64,000 nucleotides of DNA from an uncultured Ectothiorhodospiraceae bacterium (GTDB lineage: Bacteria > Pseudomonadota > Gammaproteobacteria > S012-40): contig CALZJE010000001.1 in assembly GCA_945787715.1 (NCBI GenBank), forward strand, positions 11,127 through 75,126, written 5' to 3'. Position 1 is the stretch's first letter; every line of letters starts with the position of its first letter. The notes below the pieces were generated by a model. That model did not search any database and was not told the origin of the DNA. It was given only the letters and a program-made list of their open reading frames with translations. Positions 51,210 to 62,682 of this stretch are shown here, piece by piece. The position numbers and the translations under genes were made by a program.

Positions 51210-51391
51210 CTCAAGTTTTGGAGTTCTTGTTATATTGGAGGCAACAACCACGGTATACGTACAATATGAAAGACGCTGTGAATACTTCCATGTAAGCTCG
51301 ACGACAGCATCCATGCTGCCGATGCTTTCATATTGTACATATACCATGTTTATTGCAGCTATTTATGAAAATTTGAACTCCGAAACTTGAG
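51210..51391. mobile_element. MITE/REP-like palindromic element (182 bp)
   Basis: 17-bp terminal inverted repeats ctcaagttttggagttc / gaactccgaaacttgag; inner stem ggtatacgtacaatatgaaag / ctttcatattgtacatatacc. Confidence 0.75.
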
Positions 51392-51410
51392 TTTTATATT
51401 TTTGAAATAA

Positions 51411-52808
51411 TTAAAAAGGAAGAGTCAAGCTCTCGTCAACCGAATGAAAAAGCTGTCGAAATTTTTCTTGAACATCTTTCATCGCTTGTTCGCTACGTCC
51501 TTCAAAGCGTATCACAAGGCACGGTGTTGTATTTGATGCACGTACTAGTCCCCAAGCATCATCAAAATCGACACGAATTCCGTCGATGTCAGTAACTTTC
51601 GCATCTTTAAAACTTGCCGCATCAATTAAATGTTTCATGAGCTTAAAGTTTTCACCTTCTTCGGTGTCGAGTCGCAATTCTGGGGTGTTAACCATGTCAG
51701 GCAGGGATGCAAGCACTTCTCCAGTGCTTTGTTCTTTCTTCGAAAGAATTTCAAGCAGTCGGGCACCTGTGTAAAGAGCATCATCGAAGCCATACCAGCG
51801 TTCTTTAAAGAAAATATGACCACTCATCTCTCCTGCTAATGGGGCACCAGTTTCTTTCAATTTTGCTTTAACGAAAGAGTGGCCGGTTTTCCACATTAAA
51901 GGTGTGCCACCTGCATCGCGGATAGCTTGATCGAGGTTTACGGAGCATTTGATATCATAAATAATTTCTGCACCTGGATTCCTTGAGAGAACATCTTCGG
52001 CATAAAGAATCATTTGTCTATCTGCCCAAATAATTTCTCCGTCAGGAGCGATGACACCTAAGCGATCACCATCTCCATCAAAGGCAAATCCGATATCGGC
52101 TTTTTCTTTTTTCACGGCTGCCACCAAATCAATTAAGGTTTCTGGTTGGCTTGGGTCAGGGTGATGGTTGGGGAAGTTGCCATCTATTTCACAATAAAGC
52201 TCGGTAACATCGCATCCCATTAATCTATAGAGCTGAGGGGCTAACTCACCGGCTACACCATTACCGCAGTCCACAATTATTTTAAGTGGCTTAGCTAGTT
52301 TTACATCGTTAATAATTTCATTAAGATACTCTTCGTTAATATTCACTTCGGTATAGTTACCGGCACCACTAACGATGTCATTATTGATGATGCGATTTTT
52401 CAAATCTTGGATGGTTGAACCAGAAAGTGCCGTATTGTTTAAAACCATTTTTAGGCCATTGTAGTCAGGCGGATTATGGCTACCTGTTAGCATGACTCCG
52501 CAAGCGGTTTTTAAATGGTAGGTTGCGTAGTATAAAACCGGAGTGGGGGCTTGCCCGACATTAACAACATCGATCCCTGTGCTGAGAATACCATCGACGA
52601 GCGCTTGCAATAGTTTGGGCCCTGATAGTCGACCGTCTCGAGCCACTGCAATGGTTTTTTGATTTTGTCGAGTTGCTTCACTTCCTAAAGCCTGGCCAAT
52701 GGCATAAACCACATCGACAGTTAATGTTTTATCAACAATGCCTCGGATATCGTAGGCTTTAAAAATATCGTGGCTGATGTTTTCTGAAGTGATGTTGCTG
52801 TATTGCAT
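51411..52808 (-). CDS. algC: Phosphomannomutase/phosphoglucomutase
   Basis: FKAYDIRG, TGSHNP, FDGDGDR, GEMSGH, RASNT. Confidence 0.93.
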   Translation of the reverse strand: MQYSNITSENISHDIFKAYDIRGIVDKTLTVDVVYAIGQALGSEATRQNQKTIAVARDGRLSGPKLLQALVDGILSTGIDVVNVGQAPTPVLYYATYHLKTACGVMLTGSHNPPDYNGLKMVLNNTALSGSTIQDLKNRIINNDIVSGAGNYTEVNINEEYLNEIINDVKLAKPLKIIVDCGNGVAGELAPQLYRLMGCDVTELYCEIDGNFPNHHPDPSQPETLIDLVAAVKKEKADIGFAFDGDGDRLGVIAPDGEIIWADRQMILYAEDVLSRNPGAEIIYDIKCSVNLDQAIRDAGGTPLMWKTGHSFVKAKLKETGAPLAGEMSGHIFFKERWYGFDDALYTGARLLEILSKKEQSTGEVLASLPDMVNTPELRLDTEEGENFKLMKHLIDAASFKDAKVTDIDGIRVDFDDAWGLVRASNTTPCLVIRFEGRSEQAMKDVQEKFRQLFHSVDESLTLPF

Positions 52809-52861
52809 TTAGTATCCCTTTTTTCTTTTTGTGAGCAATGCTGACCCGTTACCTTTTTGAT

Positions 52862-53320
52862 TTAATGACGACCAGAATGGCCAAAGCCACCTTCGCCACG
52901 GTGTGTTTCTTCAAACTCTTCCACAACTTCAAAAGCCGCCTGTACGACTGGGATAATAACCATTTGCGCAAGTCTTTCACCAATCTTGAGCGAAAAGGGC
53001 TCGCTACTTCTGTTCCAGCAAGAAACCATTAGAGGCCCTTGATAATCGGAGTCAATAAGTCCGACCAAATTGCCTAGCACTATTCCGTGTTTGTGGCCAA
53101 GGCCTGAGCGAGGGAGTAAAACGGCTGCCAACCCTGGGTCTTCAACGTAAACAGATACGCCTGTTGGAATGAGTTTTGTTTCTCCCGGTTGAATAAGCAT
53201 TTCTTCATCAATGCAAGCTCGCAAGTCCATTCCTGCAGAACCCGGTGTTGCGTGATGAGGTAATGGGAATTCAGTGCCGATACGTTTATCAAGTATTTTA
53301 AGTTGTATGTTTTTTTTCAT
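52862..53320 (-). CDS. dut: dUTP diphosphatase
   Basis: [33 protein letters not shown]. Confidence 0.97.
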   Translation of the reverse strand: MKKNIQLKILDKRIGTEFPLPHHATPGSAGMDLRACIDEEMLIQPGETKLIPTGVSVYVEDPGLAAVLLPRSGLGHKHGIVLGNLVGLIDSDYQGPLMVSCWNRSSEPFSLKIGERLAQMVIIPVVQAAFEVVEEFEETHRGEGGFGHSGRH

Positions 53321-54527
53321 AAGCCTTTTCATAAGTCAGTGCGATAAGTTCTACAAGTTGTTTTGCTAAGATTGATTTTTTCATCTCGGGTAGCTCGTGG
53401 CTCCCCATGGGTGTGAAAATGTGAACTTTGTTTTGATCTGAATTAAATCCTTTGTACTCGCCTGATTCGTTTTGTCCGACTCGATTGGCAATGATCATTT
53501 CGAGTTTTTTCCGTGTGAGTTTTTCTTTTGCATTCGTTTCTAGGTTTTCTGTCTCGGCGGCGAATCCTATACAAAAAGGACGATTATCCATCGATGATAC
53601 TTCGCTAAGAATGTCGGGATTTTTTTTCAGTTCTAGGTTTAATTCTGATTGGCTTTTTTTAATTTTTTGTTCTGCAATATCGACTGGGCTGTAATCGGCG
53701 ACCGCCGCTGCAGCAATAAAAATATCAGCTTGTTCGGCGTTTTCCATTACCGCGTCATACATTTGCTTTGCCGATATAACATTAACAATATTTACCTGAT
53801 TCGGGGTGGGTAAATGGACTGGGCCACTAACTAAGGTAACTTCTGCACCTGCGCGCTGCGCTTGCTGAGCTAATGCATATCCCATTTTTCCTGAGCTATG
53901 GTTGGTAATATAGCGCACAGGATCTAATGCCTCTTGGGTAGGGCCGGCTGTTATCAATACTTTTTTACCACTGAGCAGTTTTTCGGTGTTGCAAAATTCA
54001 TCGAGTAGCTGATTAATCTCAAGTAACCGGCCATAACCGACTTCACCACAAGCTTGATTACCCGCTGCGGGGCCTAAAAATTCTACACCGCGAGATTTCA
54101 ATTTTTCGACGTTGTCTTGGGTTGCAAGATTGTGCCACATGGCTTGATTCATGGCTGGCGCCAGAAATATGGGGCATTCCGCCGCCAGGCAAAGGGTAGA
54201 AAGTAAATTATCTGCAAAGCCGTGGGTTAATTTGGCAATAAAGTCTGCACTACAAGGGGCGATTAATATCTTATCTGCCCAGCGCGCTAAATCGATATGT
54301 TCCATCACACGATCATCACTGCTGAAAATATCTTTGTACACTGGGTGGCCGCTAATGGCTTGTAGTGTGACTTCACCTATAAATTTTTCAGCAGATTCCG
54401 TCATAACAACACGGACAGTGATCCCTAACTCTTGCAATCGGCGAATGATTTCGGGGCTTTTATAGGCAGCAATCCCCCCTGTGACACCGAGCAATACATT
54501 ATGAGTTGGATTTTGTGATTTGTTCAT
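53298..54527 (-). CDS. coaBC: Phosphopantothenoylcysteine decarboxylase/ligase
   Basis: [44 protein letters not shown]. Confidence 0.97.
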   Translation of the reverse strand: MNKSQNPTHNVLLGVTGGIAAYKSPEIIRRLQELGITVRVVMTESAEKFIGEVTLQAISGHPVYKDIFSSDDRVMEHIDLARWADKILIAPCSADFIAKLTHGFADNLLSTLCLAAECPIFLAPAMNQAMWHNLATQDNVEKLKSRGVEFLGPAAGNQACGEVGYGRLLEINQLLDEFCNTEKLLSGKKVLITAGPTQEALDPVRYITNHSSGKMGYALAQQAQRAGAEVTLVSGPVHLPTPNQVNIVNVISAKQMYDAVMENAEQADIFIAAAAVADYSPVDIAEQKIKKSQSELNLELKKNPDILSEVSSMDNRPFCIGFAAETENLETNAKEKLTRKKLEMIIANRVGQNESGEYKGFNSDQNKVHIFTPMGSHELPEMKKSILAKQLVELIALTYEKAYEKKHTT

Positions 54528-54577
54528 TGAACGGATTTTACCCCTAAATGCCTGTATATGCACGAGGAATACGGATT

Positions 54578-55252
54578 ATGGCGATTACAGATTGGCCAGC
54601 TGATGAGCGACCAAGAGAAAAATTACTTAAACAGGGAGCAACGAGTTTGTCTGATGCAGAACTGCTTGCCATTTTCCTTCGAACCGGGGTGAAGGGGAAA
54701 ACAGCGGTGGATTTGGCCAGAGGGCTTTTGTCCGAGTTTGGGAGCTTACGCAATATTTTGCGAGCGGATCTACAAACATTTTGCGTAGGTGAGGGATTGG
54801 GCGCGGCGAAATATGCTCAACTTCAAGCCGTGCTGGAGATGAGTCGGCGACATCTTCAAGAAAAGCTAAGTAAAGGAGATGCTTTATGCAGTCCTCAAGA
54901 TACCCAGCGTTTTCTTCATGCATGTTTGGCGGATTACGAGCATGAAGTTTTTGCTGCTGTTTTTCTGGACAATAGGCATCAAGTGATAAAATTTAAAGAG
55001 TTATTCATAGGCACATTGGATGGCGCGAGTGTTTATCCGCGAGAAGTGGTAAAGCAAACATTGGAGTTAAACGCGGCAGCCGTAATTTTCGCGCACAATC
55101 ATCCGTCAGGAGTCTCGTCACCCAGTGAAGCAGATAAAAAAATCACCCGCCAATTGAAAGAAGCACTCGCGTTGATTGATGTTCGAGTGCTCGATCATTT
55201 TATCATCGGAGAAGATGGTGGATTTTCATTTGCTGAACATGGATTGATATAA
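54578..55252 (+). CDS. radC: RadC (JAB-domain) protein
   Basis: [33 protein letters not shown]. Confidence 0.96.
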   Translation: MAITDWPADERPREKLLKQGATSLSDAELLAIFLRTGVKGKTAVDLARGLLSEFGSLRNILRADLQTFCVGEGLGAAKYAQLQAVLEMSRRHLQEKLSKGDALCSPQDTQRFLHACLADYEHEVFAAVFLDNRHQVIKFKELFIGTLDGASVYPREVVKQTLELNAAAVIFAHNHPSGVSSPSEADKKITRQLKEALALIDVRVLDHFIIGEDGGFSFAEHGLI

Positions 55253-55346
55253 GCTAATAAATATCAGGCGTGGTGTTTAAATTCGTTATGAAGGATAATG
55301 ATAACAATAGAATTTAAACGAAATGATATGACATGAGGGAGAGGTC

Positions 55347-55886
55347 ATGAAGCGTATTGCGCTATTTGTCGGGCTGGTATTTTTATTCGTGGGGCAAGCA
55401 CAAGCAGAGAAAGGCGATCAGTACTATCTTGCTAATTTGGCCTATTCATTGGTGGATATATCTGCCGATCCTGATCCACTAATGCTAGTGAGCCTTAGTT
55501 ACGGTTACGGCTTGAGTCAAAAATGGGCTTTGGAAGTCGATTACACGCAGTCATTTAGCGGCGGAGAGTACAAAGAAACAGATACTGGTACCAATACTAA
55601 AGGCGAATATTCCTTATGGGCGCTATCTGTAAATGCTGCATACCGTCATTTATTTAAAGACGTCTTTTATTTTAAAGGGAAAATTGGCTATACCTATGGT
55701 GAAAGCGAATTGACACGTTCGGAGGATTCAACAAAGAGTAAAGAACTTAATTCCCTGGCTGGTGCATTAGGTGTTGGTTATTTGGCTGGGAATGTTATTG
55801 GTAGCTCATTAACGCTAGAGCTTATGCTAGCAAAACAATCTGAAGATTTGACTTCAATTATGATCGGTGCGAACGCGACATTTTGA
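55347..55886 (+). CDS. Small outer-membrane beta-barrel protein
   Basis: Signal peptide AQA, amphipathic strands, C-terminal Phe. Confidence 0.7.
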   Translation: MKRIALFVGLVFLFVGQAQAEKGDQYYLANLAYSLVDISADPDPLMLVSLSYGYGLSQKWALEVDYTQSFSGGEYKETDTGTNTKGEYSLWALSVNAAYRHLFKDVFYFKGKIGYTYGESELTRSEDSTKSKELNSLAGALGVGYLAGNVIGSSLTLELMLAKQSEDLTSIMIGANATF

Positions 55887-55954
55887 TGGCTAGGCTACGC
55901 AGATATCCACGTTTTGCTTGGGTTAAATATTGATGGAATCAATGAGGTGGAGTT

Positions 55955-56191
55955 ATGGAAGGTGAAAAACACGATTTAGTGCATGAATTTCCTGAATATA
56001 AAGAGAAAATACACCAAATGAAAATGGATGATACTCAATTTGCTAGCTTGTTTAATGAGTATCATAAGCTCAATCGTGAGATTCATCGAATAGAAACGGG
56101 TGTTGAAAATACATCGGACGACTATCTAGAAGAAGAGAAAAAGAGGCGCCTTAAGTTGAAAGATGATTTATTTGCTATGTTGCAGAGCTGA
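55955..56191 (+). CDS. YdcH/DUF465 family protein
   Basis: HDLVHEFPE, F..LF.EY, KKRRLKLKD. Confidence 0.85.
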   Translation: MEGEKHDLVHEFPEYKEKIHQMKMDDTQFASLFNEYHKLNREIHRIETGVENTSDDYLEEEKKRRLKLKDDLFAMLQS

Positions 56192-56279
56192 GATTGCATC
56201 TAAGCTATTGAATCTCGCCGAAAGATAGTTTTATCTCATCAGATAAACAGTGTTTGCTGGAGTGTGCTTAAACTCATCG

Positions 56280-56337
56280 TTGCATTGTAAAAGGATTTTT
56301 GATATAAATTGCGCCCCTTCGCTCGGGAGAGCGGAAG
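56280..56337 (+). promoter_or_regulatory. rpmBG promoter with GC-rich discriminator and 5' hairpin
   Basis: TTGCAT-17bp-TATAAA, then gcgcccc and hairpin cttcgctc-ggga-gagcggaag. Confidence 0.55.
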
Positions 56338-56364
56338 TAAAGAATTTATTTTGGAGAGAAAGTG

Positions 56365-56601
56365 ATGTCAAAAGTTTGTCAGGTTACTGGGAAGCGCCCA
56401 ATTACCGGAAACAACGTTTCTCACGCTAATAACAGAACAAAGCGTCGATTTTTGCCTAACCTGCATTCACGTCGTTTTTGGGTTGGAAACGAAAGCCGTT
56501 GGGTTCGTTTGCGTGTAAGCACTAAAGGTATTCGCATGATTGATAAGCTTGGGATTGACCAAGTATTATCTGAGATTCGTGCGCGCGGCGAAAAAGTCTA
56601 A
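56365..56601 (+). CDS. rpmB: 50S ribosomal protein L28
   Basis: [28 protein letters not shown]. Confidence 0.98.
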   Translation: MSKVCQVTGKRPITGNNVSHANNRTKRRFLPNLHSRRFWVGNESRWVRLRVSTKGIRMIDKLGIDQVLSEIRARGEKV

Positions 56602-56616
56602 TCGAGGATTATAGAA

Positions 56617-56772
56617 ATGCGTGAAAAAATTAGATTGGTTTCTAGCGAAGGTACAGGTCACTTTTACACGACGACTAAAAACAAACGTACTATGCCGTCT
56701 AAGATGGAAATCAAAAAGTACGATCCAGTTGTTAGAAAGCATGTAATGTACAAAGAAGCTAAAATTAAATAA
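56617..56772 (+). CDS. rpmG: 50S ribosomal protein L33 (51 aa; not in ORF track)
   Basis: Hand translation [58 protein letters not shown]. Confidence 0.97.
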   Translation: MREKIRLVSSEGTGHFYTTTKNKRTMPSKMEIKKYDPVVRKHVMYKEAKIK

Positions 56773-56790
56773 TTCTCTGTATATTTATTC

Positions 56791-56817
56791 AAAGACCGCC
56801 ATTTGGCGGTTTTTTTA
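56791..56817 (+). terminator. Intrinsic terminator after rpmG
   Basis: aaagaccgcca-tt-tggcggttttttt. Confidence 0.88.
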
Positions 56818-57112
56818 TTTCTGCGAATTATTTTTATGATAATTCTTCAGTAGTTTCATGTATTATTCCTGCGCATGGTATCAACCTAGAAAAATCAGTT
56901 GCTAGTTGATTTATTGTGCAATCAAGCCAATTGCACGTGCTTCATTCTCGTGCCCGGCTAATCTTTCTACAATTAAAGTCTTACCTTGCAAATATGAAAT
57001 TTTTAAAATTTTAAAAAGTTTGGGATAATTCCGTTCTCGCTTGCTGTCAAACCAAGCATTTGTAGCTATGATCTATTTCGTAGCGTTTACCAATGAATTA
57101 TAAGGATTAGTA

Positions 57113-57694
57113 ATGAAAAAAAGAGCACTTAAGCAATTTGTCTTTGTGTCTGCGATATCTTTTTTACTTTTGGGTAGCAATGCTTATGCACAAAGAGCTT
57201 ATATTGCTTTAAGTGAGGTTAGCGCTCAAATTGGTTATGGGACGTTGGTCGGAGGCAGTGATTACGGTCGCACAGAGTTTGCGCTGGATTTTCTATATAC
57301 TGAAGAAGATGCCTATGTAGGTGATATCAGTTTCCAGGTGTTTGATCAAGTTGGTAGCAAGGTTAAAGGATTGGTTGCTGGTATTGGTGGGAAAGTTTAT
57401 GCCTTAAATCAAGATAATTTTGATGCATTAGCTTTAGGGATTGGTGGAATGCTAAGGTATTCAATTCCCTCGGTGAAGCGACTCATTTTAGGTGTGGATG
57501 GTTACTATGCACCAAGTGTGGTTTCGTTTATAGACGCTGAATCTTTTTACGAAATTGCCGCACGAGTAGAATATTCAGTGTTACCACAAGCAGGTGCTTT
57601 TGTTGAATGGCGCGATTTTGGTTTTGAAGATAGCTCAGGTAAAACCCGCCACATAGATGAAAATTTGCGATTGGGCCTGGAAATTAACTTCTAA
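57113..57694 (+). CDS. YfaZ-like outer-membrane beta-barrel protein
   Basis: Signal peptide AYA, GIGGK, ALGIGG, YYAPSVVSF, C-terminal Phe. Confidence 0.75.
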   Translation: MKKRALKQFVFVSAISFLLLGSNAYAQRAYIALSEVSAQIGYGTLVGGSDYGRTEFALDFLYTEEDAYVGDISFQVFDQVGSKVKGLVAGIGGKVYALNQDNFDALALGIGGMLRYSIPSVKRLILGVDGYYAPSVVSFIDAESFYEIAARVEYSVLPQAGAFVEWRDFGFEDSSGKTRHIDENLRLGLEINF

Positions 57695-57708
57695 TAGGTT
57701 TCCTGCTT

Positions 57709-58329
57709 TTGCCAAAAGAGACGGTTGTTTTAGTCCATGGTTTATGGATGAATTCTCTAAGCCAATTCTTTATTGGCAAGCAGTTAAAAAAAGCGGGCTT
57801 TAATACCGCTTATTTTAGTTATCCAACAGTCTTTGGTTCACTTGAACACAATTCAGAAAAGCTACACAAATACCTTGAAAAGCTAGCTAGCGAACAGAAA
57901 ACAATACACTTAACCGCTCATAGTTTGGGCGGTTTTGTTGTTTTAGCGGCTTTAAAAAAAGGTCAGCTCGCAAATATTGGTCGCGTAGTTCTGTATGGCT
58001 CGCCAGTGAATGGCAGTATTGTTTGTCAAAAATTCAAGTACTACCGTATAGCTCGGTGGTGTTTTGGCAAAAGTTTAAAGCCATTATGTGATGGCATTTC
58101 ACCGCCCGAGAATTGCGATATTGCCGCGATTGCTGGCAACGGTGGTTGGGGAATTGGACATTTAATTGCTCCGGTGCTAGTTCCGCATGATGGAGCCGTT
58201 GGGGTTGAAGAGGTTCGGCTGAAGAATAGCCATCCTATGCGAGTTATCAATGTTTCGCATTTTTCTATGCTGATGTCTAAAAAATTATCGGATGCAATTG
58301 TTCAGTATTTACGCCATGGCAGATTTTAA
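57709..58329 (+). CDS. Alpha/beta hydrolase (lipase-like)
   Basis: VLVHGLW, AHSLGG, GSP, HDGAV, SH. Confidence 0.85.
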   Translation: MPKETVVLVHGLWMNSLSQFFIGKQLKKAGFNTAYFSYPTVFGSLEHNSEKLHKYLEKLASEQKTIHLTAHSLGGFVVLAALKKGQLANIGRVVLYGSPVNGSIVCQKFKYYRIARWCFGKSLKPLCDGISPPENCDIAAIAGNGGWGIGHLIAPVLVPHDGAVGVEEVRLKNSHPMRVINVSHFSMLMSKKLSDAIVQYLRHGRF

Positions 58330-58436
58330 ACGATGACTTATGAATTATTCAAACGAGAATGTTAGAATCCGCCGAGCTGAAATTATTGTGCAAAGTCTAT
58401 TCGCGTTTAATAAATAGGCTATATTAAGAGGAAGTC

Positions 58437-59183
58437 ATGGCTGGTCATAGTAAGTGGTCGAACATTAAGCATCGAAAAGGTGCGCAAGATGCAAAACGTG
58501 GGAAAATCTTTACTAAAATTATTCGCGAATTAACGGTTGCTGCCCGCTTAGGTGGTGGCGATGCTTCAGCAAATCCGAGGCTTCGAGCTGCTATTGATAA
58601 TGGCTTGAGTAACAACATGCCTAAAGATACTATCGAACGCGCAATAAAACGTGGTGCTGGCGGTGGTGACGAAGCTAATTTAGATGAAATTCGTTATGAG
58701 GGCTATGGGCCAGGTGGTGTTGCGGTGATGGTTGATTGTATGACTGACAATAAAAATAGAACTGTCGCAGAAGTGCGTCATGCGTTCAACAAAATGGGTG
58801 GAAACCTGGGGACTTCCGGTTCAGTTTCCTATCTCTTTACAAAAACTGGCATTATTAGCTACCCCTCAGGTACAGACGAAGAAAAAATTATGGAACTGGC
58901 CCTGGAAGTAGGTGCCGATGATGTAGTGACAAATGATGATGGAAGTGTAGATGTACTGACAACACCAGAAGCCTTTGGCAAGGTTAAAGACGCATTAGTT
59001 GCCGAAAGCTCTAAACCGGAATCTGACGAAGTAACAATGCATGCTGCAACAACTACAGCACTTAATGTGAAAGAAGCGGGAACGATGATTAAACTAATCG
59101 ATATGCTGGAAGATCTGGATGATGTACAAAATGTCTATTCCAATGCAGGCATTTGTGAAGAAGTGCTAGCGCAACTCAATTGA
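58437..59183 (+). CDS. yebC: YebC/PmpR family protein
   Basis: [29 protein letters not shown]. Confidence 0.96.
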   Translation: MAGHSKWSNIKHRKGAQDAKRGKIFTKIIRELTVAARLGGGDASANPRLRAAIDNGLSNNMPKDTIERAIKRGAGGGDEANLDEIRYEGYGPGGVAVMVDCMTDNKNRTVAEVRHAFNKMGGNLGTSGSVSYLFTKTGIISYPSGTDEEKIMELALEVGADDVVTNDDGSVDVLTTPEAFGKVKDALVAESSKPESDEVTMHAATTTALNVKEAGTMIKLIDMLEDLDDVQNVYSNAGICEEVLAQLN

Positions 59184-59710
59184 ATAATTCTCGAAACTCA
59201 AAACTACGTATATTAGGCATCGACCCTGGATCTCGTGTCACGGGCTATGGTCTGATTGATGTGAATGGGCAAAATTATCGTTATGTGGCGAGTGGATGTA
59301 TTCGTATAAAAAGTGAAAATTTCCCTGACCGACTAAAAGAAATCTTTGTTGGGGTTGATGAAGTGATAGCCGAATACCAACCTACTTTGGCAGCTGTTGA
59401 GCAAGTATTTGTAAAACTTAATGTCGGCGGCGCTTTAAAACTAGGTCAGGCAAGAGGTGCGGCAATATGTGCCTGCGTGATGCGCTCACTTGATGTTGGG
59501 GAGTATATGCCTAATCAAATTAAAAAAGCGGTTGTTGGGCGAGGCCATGCAACAAAAGAACAAATTCAGCACATGGTAATGACTCATTTGAATTTAACCC
59601 AGTCTCCTCAATCTGATGCGGCAGATGCATTAGCCACTGCGCTTTGCCATGCGCAAACATTTCGTACGATTGGTCGTTTTTCTCAACGTGTTGCGGGAGG
59701 TCGATTGTGA
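59180..59710 (+). CDS. ruvC: Holliday junction resolvase
   Basis: ILGIDPG, VEQVF, LGQARG, DAADALA. Confidence 0.96.
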   Translation: MNNSRNSKLRILGIDPGSRVTGYGLIDVNGQNYRYVASGCIRIKSENFPDRLKEIFVGVDEVIAEYQPTLAAVEQVFVKLNVGGALKLGQARGAAICACVMRSLDVGEYMPNQIKKAVVGRGHATKEQIQHMVMTHLNLTQSPQSDAADALATALCHAQTFRTIGRFSQRVAGGRL

Positions 59711-60324
59711 TTGGGCGGCTTGTCGGAGAAATTATCACTAAAAAACCGCCACAAATTTTGCTTGATGTTAATGGCGTGGGTTATGAAGTTGAAGCGCCAA
59801 TGACAACATTTTACGAACTGCCAGATGTTGGAAACAAAGTAATTTTGTTAACCCATATGGTTGTACGAGAAGACGCACAATTGCTTTATGGTTTTGCCAG
59901 TGAAAATGAGCGTAGTATGTTTCGACATCTTATTCGAATAAATGGGGTTGGCCCCAAGCTGGCGTTAACCATTTTATCAGGAATTTCTGCTTCTGAGCTC
60001 GCTCGTTGTATTAACGAACACGATGTAACCGGGTTGGTGAAATTACCTGGGGTTGGAAAGAAAACAGCGGAACGTCTGATTGTTGAACTAGTTGATCGCA
60101 TCAAAGATTTTGTACCGAATGCTGATGTGAGTGAATCTAGCACAACCGCGATAGCTCAGTCGGTTGTTGAAAATGCTTCGAGTGAAGCTGAATATGCACT
60201 CATTGCTTTGGGTTATAAGCCCCAGGAAGCCAGTCGAATGATTCGAAATATCGATACAAAAAACCGAACGAGTGAAGATGTAATTCGTTTAGCGTTGCAG
60301 TCTGTGGTGGCCGGTAAAAAATGA
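59707..60324 (+). CDS. ruvA: Holliday junction branch migration protein A
   Basis: GTG start (MIGRL), [25 protein letters not shown]. Confidence 0.96.
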   Translation: MIGRLVGEIITKKPPQILLDVNGVGYEVEAPMTTFYELPDVGNKVILLTHMVVREDAQLLYGFASENERSMFRHLIRINGVGPKLALTILSGISASELARCINEHDVTGLVKLPGVGKKTAERLIVELVDRIKDFVPNADVSESSTTAIAQSVVENASSEAEYALIALGYKPQEASRMIRNIDTKNRTSEDVIRLALQSVVAGKK

Positions 60325-61331
60325 TAGAAGCGGATCGATTAATTAGCACCGAGCCTGTTGGGCGCGAAGAGCAATTGTCGGTTTCTATTCGCCCACGCAT
60401 ACTCGATGAGTATATCGGCCAGGAGGCGGTGCGTGGTCAGTTGGAGATTTTTATCGGTGCAGCTAAAATGCGTACCGAGGCATTGGATCATGTTTTGCTT
60501 TATGGCCCTCCAGGGTTAGGTAAAACAACGCTTTCTCATATAATTGCACAGGAGATGGGCGTTAGTATCCGTCAAACTTCTGGTCCAGTGCTGGAAAGGC
60601 CGGGAGATCTCGCCGCAATTTTGACTAATCTTGAGCCAAACGATGTGCTGTTTATTGACGAAATACACCGTCTTGGTTCGGTAGTTGAAGAAGTGTTATA
60701 TCCTGCGATGGAAGATTTTCAGCTGGACATTATGATTGGTGAAGGTCCTGCTGCGCGTTCTATTAAACTTGATTTGCCACCGTTTACTTTAGTTGGCGCA
60801 ACCACAAGAGCGGGATTGTTAACATCTCCCTTACGTGATCGATTTGGGATTGTACAGCGTTTAGAGTTTTACAGCATCGAAGAATTGACAACGATTGTTA
60901 AACGAAGTGCTTCACTGCTTAAAGTGGATATTGATGAAGGCGGGGCAACTGAAATTGCTAGACGTTCACGAGGAACGCCAAGAATTGCAAATCGACTTCT
61001 ACGACGCGTTCGAGATTACGCAGATGTTAAAGCCGATGGCAAAATCAGTGATGATGTGGCAGACCTGGCGCTTTCAATGCTGGATGTGGATAAGCAGGGA
61101 TTTGATTTAATGGATCGCAAGTTAATGCAAACAATGATTGAATCTTTTGACGGCGGCCCAGTCGGATTAGATAGCCTCGCAGCGGCGATCGGTGAGGAGC
61201 GCGGAACGATAGAAGATGTATTGGAGCCTTACTTAATTCAAAAAGGGTATATGATGAGAACGCCAAGAGGTCGAGTGGCTACAAAGAACGCCTATCTTCA
61301 CTTTGGTCTTTTATTTGCGGATGACAATTGA
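60321..61331 (+). CDS. ruvB: Holliday junction DNA helicase B
   Basis: [31 protein letters not shown]. Confidence 0.98.
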   Translation: MIEADRLISTEPVGREEQLSVSIRPRILDEYIGQEAVRGQLEIFIGAAKMRTEALDHVLLYGPPGLGKTTLSHIIAQEMGVSIRQTSGPVLERPGDLAAILTNLEPNDVLFIDEIHRLGSVVEEVLYPAMEDFQLDIMIGEGPAARSIKLDLPPFTLVGATTRAGLLTSPLRDRFGIVQRLEFYSIEELTTIVKRSASLLKVDIDEGGATEIARRSRGTPRIANRLLRRVRDYADVKADGKISDDVADLALSMLDVDKQGFDLMDRKLMQTMIESFDGGPVGLDSLAAAIGEERGTIEDVLEPYLIQKGYMMRTPRGRVATKNAYLHFGLLFADDN

Positions 61332-61560
61332 CAGAAATTGTCGCAGAAGCACAATCAATCAAAGTGACGTTTAAAAAATTGAGTTTAAAAAAATGTCTAT
61401 AATGCAGCATTGATGGAACAAAAGGCATTTGTCGGTTATTTCATAAAAGTACTAGAATTAATAAAATTGCTTGTTCAAGCAGATGCTTCTGTCGTATCTT
61501 TATGTGCTAAAAAACTGAAAGTCAAATGAATTCCGGAATATTTACTTGAGGAGTTAATGC

Positions 61561-62241
61561 GTGAGCACTGATTTATCTATCATCGGTTTAATTGCCGGTG
61601 CATCACTTTTAGTGCAGATAGTTATGCTGATTCTACTGATAGCGTCGATACTGTCTTGGACGATAATTTTTAGCCGATGGAAATTGTTACGAAAAGCAGA
61701 AGCGAATACTAAAGAGTTTGAAGATCAGTTTTGGAGTGCAGATGACTTGAGTGATTTGTACAAAAAAGTTTCTCAAGTTGAAAAGAAGCCGGGTGAAAAT
61801 GGCGTTGAAACAATTTTCGAAGCTGGCTTTCGTGAATTTGTTCGGCTGCGCAAAGATGATGACTTAACCCCGAAAGTAATTATGGAAGGCGTGCAGCGTA
61901 GTATGCGTGTTTCCATAAACCGTGAAATTGATATTTTGGAAAATCATTTGCCGTTCCTTGCGACGGTGGGTTCCACCAGCCCATATATTGGATTATTTGG
62001 AACAGTGTGGGGGATTATGAATTCGTTTCGTGCACTCGGTAATGCAAAACAAGCAACCTTAGGCATGGTTGCACCAGGTATTGCAGAAGCCTTGATTGCT
62101 ACTGCTATGGGCCTATTTGCTGCAATTCCTGCGGTAATGGCTTACAACAAGTATATTAGTCAGGTCGAGAGATTAACTGGGCGTTACGACGCCTTTTATG
62201 AAGAGTTTTCTAACATATTGCAGCGTCAGGCACATAAGTAG
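61561..62241 (+). CDS. tolQ: Tol-Pal protein TolQ
   Basis: LATVGSTSPYIGLFGTVWGIM, APGIAEALIATAMGLFAAIPA. Confidence 0.96.
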   Translation: MSTDLSIIGLIAGASLLVQIVMLILLIASILSWTIIFSRWKLLRKAEANTKEFEDQFWSADDLSDLYKKVSQVEKKPGENGVETIFEAGFREFVRLRKDDDLTPKVIMEGVQRSMRVSINREIDILENHLPFLATVGSTSPYIGLFGTVWGIMNSFRALGNAKQATLGMVAPGIAEALIATAMGLFAAIPAVMAYNKYISQVERLTGRYDAFYEEFSNILQRQAHK

Positions 62242-62678
62242 TGAGTTATCAGCGACGTCCACGTAAAAAGGCAATGGCTGAAATCAATGTTGTTCCATAC
62301 ATTGATGTCATGTTGGTATTGTTAGTGATTTTTGTTATTACCGCGCCTTTGCTCACGCAGGGAGTGCAAGTAGAACTGCCTCAAGCAGCTTCAGAACCTA
62401 TTGATAGTGAAGTGCAAGAACCATTGGTTGTTACTGTTGATTTGAATGGTAATTATTATCTTAATGTTGGGGAGGCCGTAAAATCCCCTATTGATCACCA
62501 AGCTCTTGTGAATAAAGTAGCTGCTATTTTACGATTAAAACCGGAAACTCCAGTGATGGTACGAGGGGATAAAGACGTTAATTATGGGAAAGTTGTCACC
62601 GCAATGGCGCTATTACAGCGCGCAGGTGCGCCAAGTGTCGGATTAATTACTGAAGCACCGGAGCTCATTTCACAATAA
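62241..62678 (+). CDS. tolR: Tol-Pal protein TolR
   Basis: AEINVVPYIDVMLVLL, VGLIT. Confidence 0.95.
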   Translation: MSYQRRPRKKAMAEINVVPYIDVMLVLLVIFVITAPLLTQGVQVELPQAASEPIDSEVQEPLVVTVDLNGNYYLNVGEAVKSPIDHQALVNKVAAILRLKPETPVMVRGDKDVNYGKVVTAMALLQRAGAPSVGLITEAPELISQ

Positions 62679-62682
62679 CGCC

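Noticed and set aside
54578..55252. radC as a marker of an integrative element
   Set aside because: Full-length chromosomal type at the usual coaBC / rpmBG locus
55294..55312. Fur box upstream of the 55347 OMP gene
   Set aside because: Only the first half (gataatgataa) matches; no 7-1-7 symmetry
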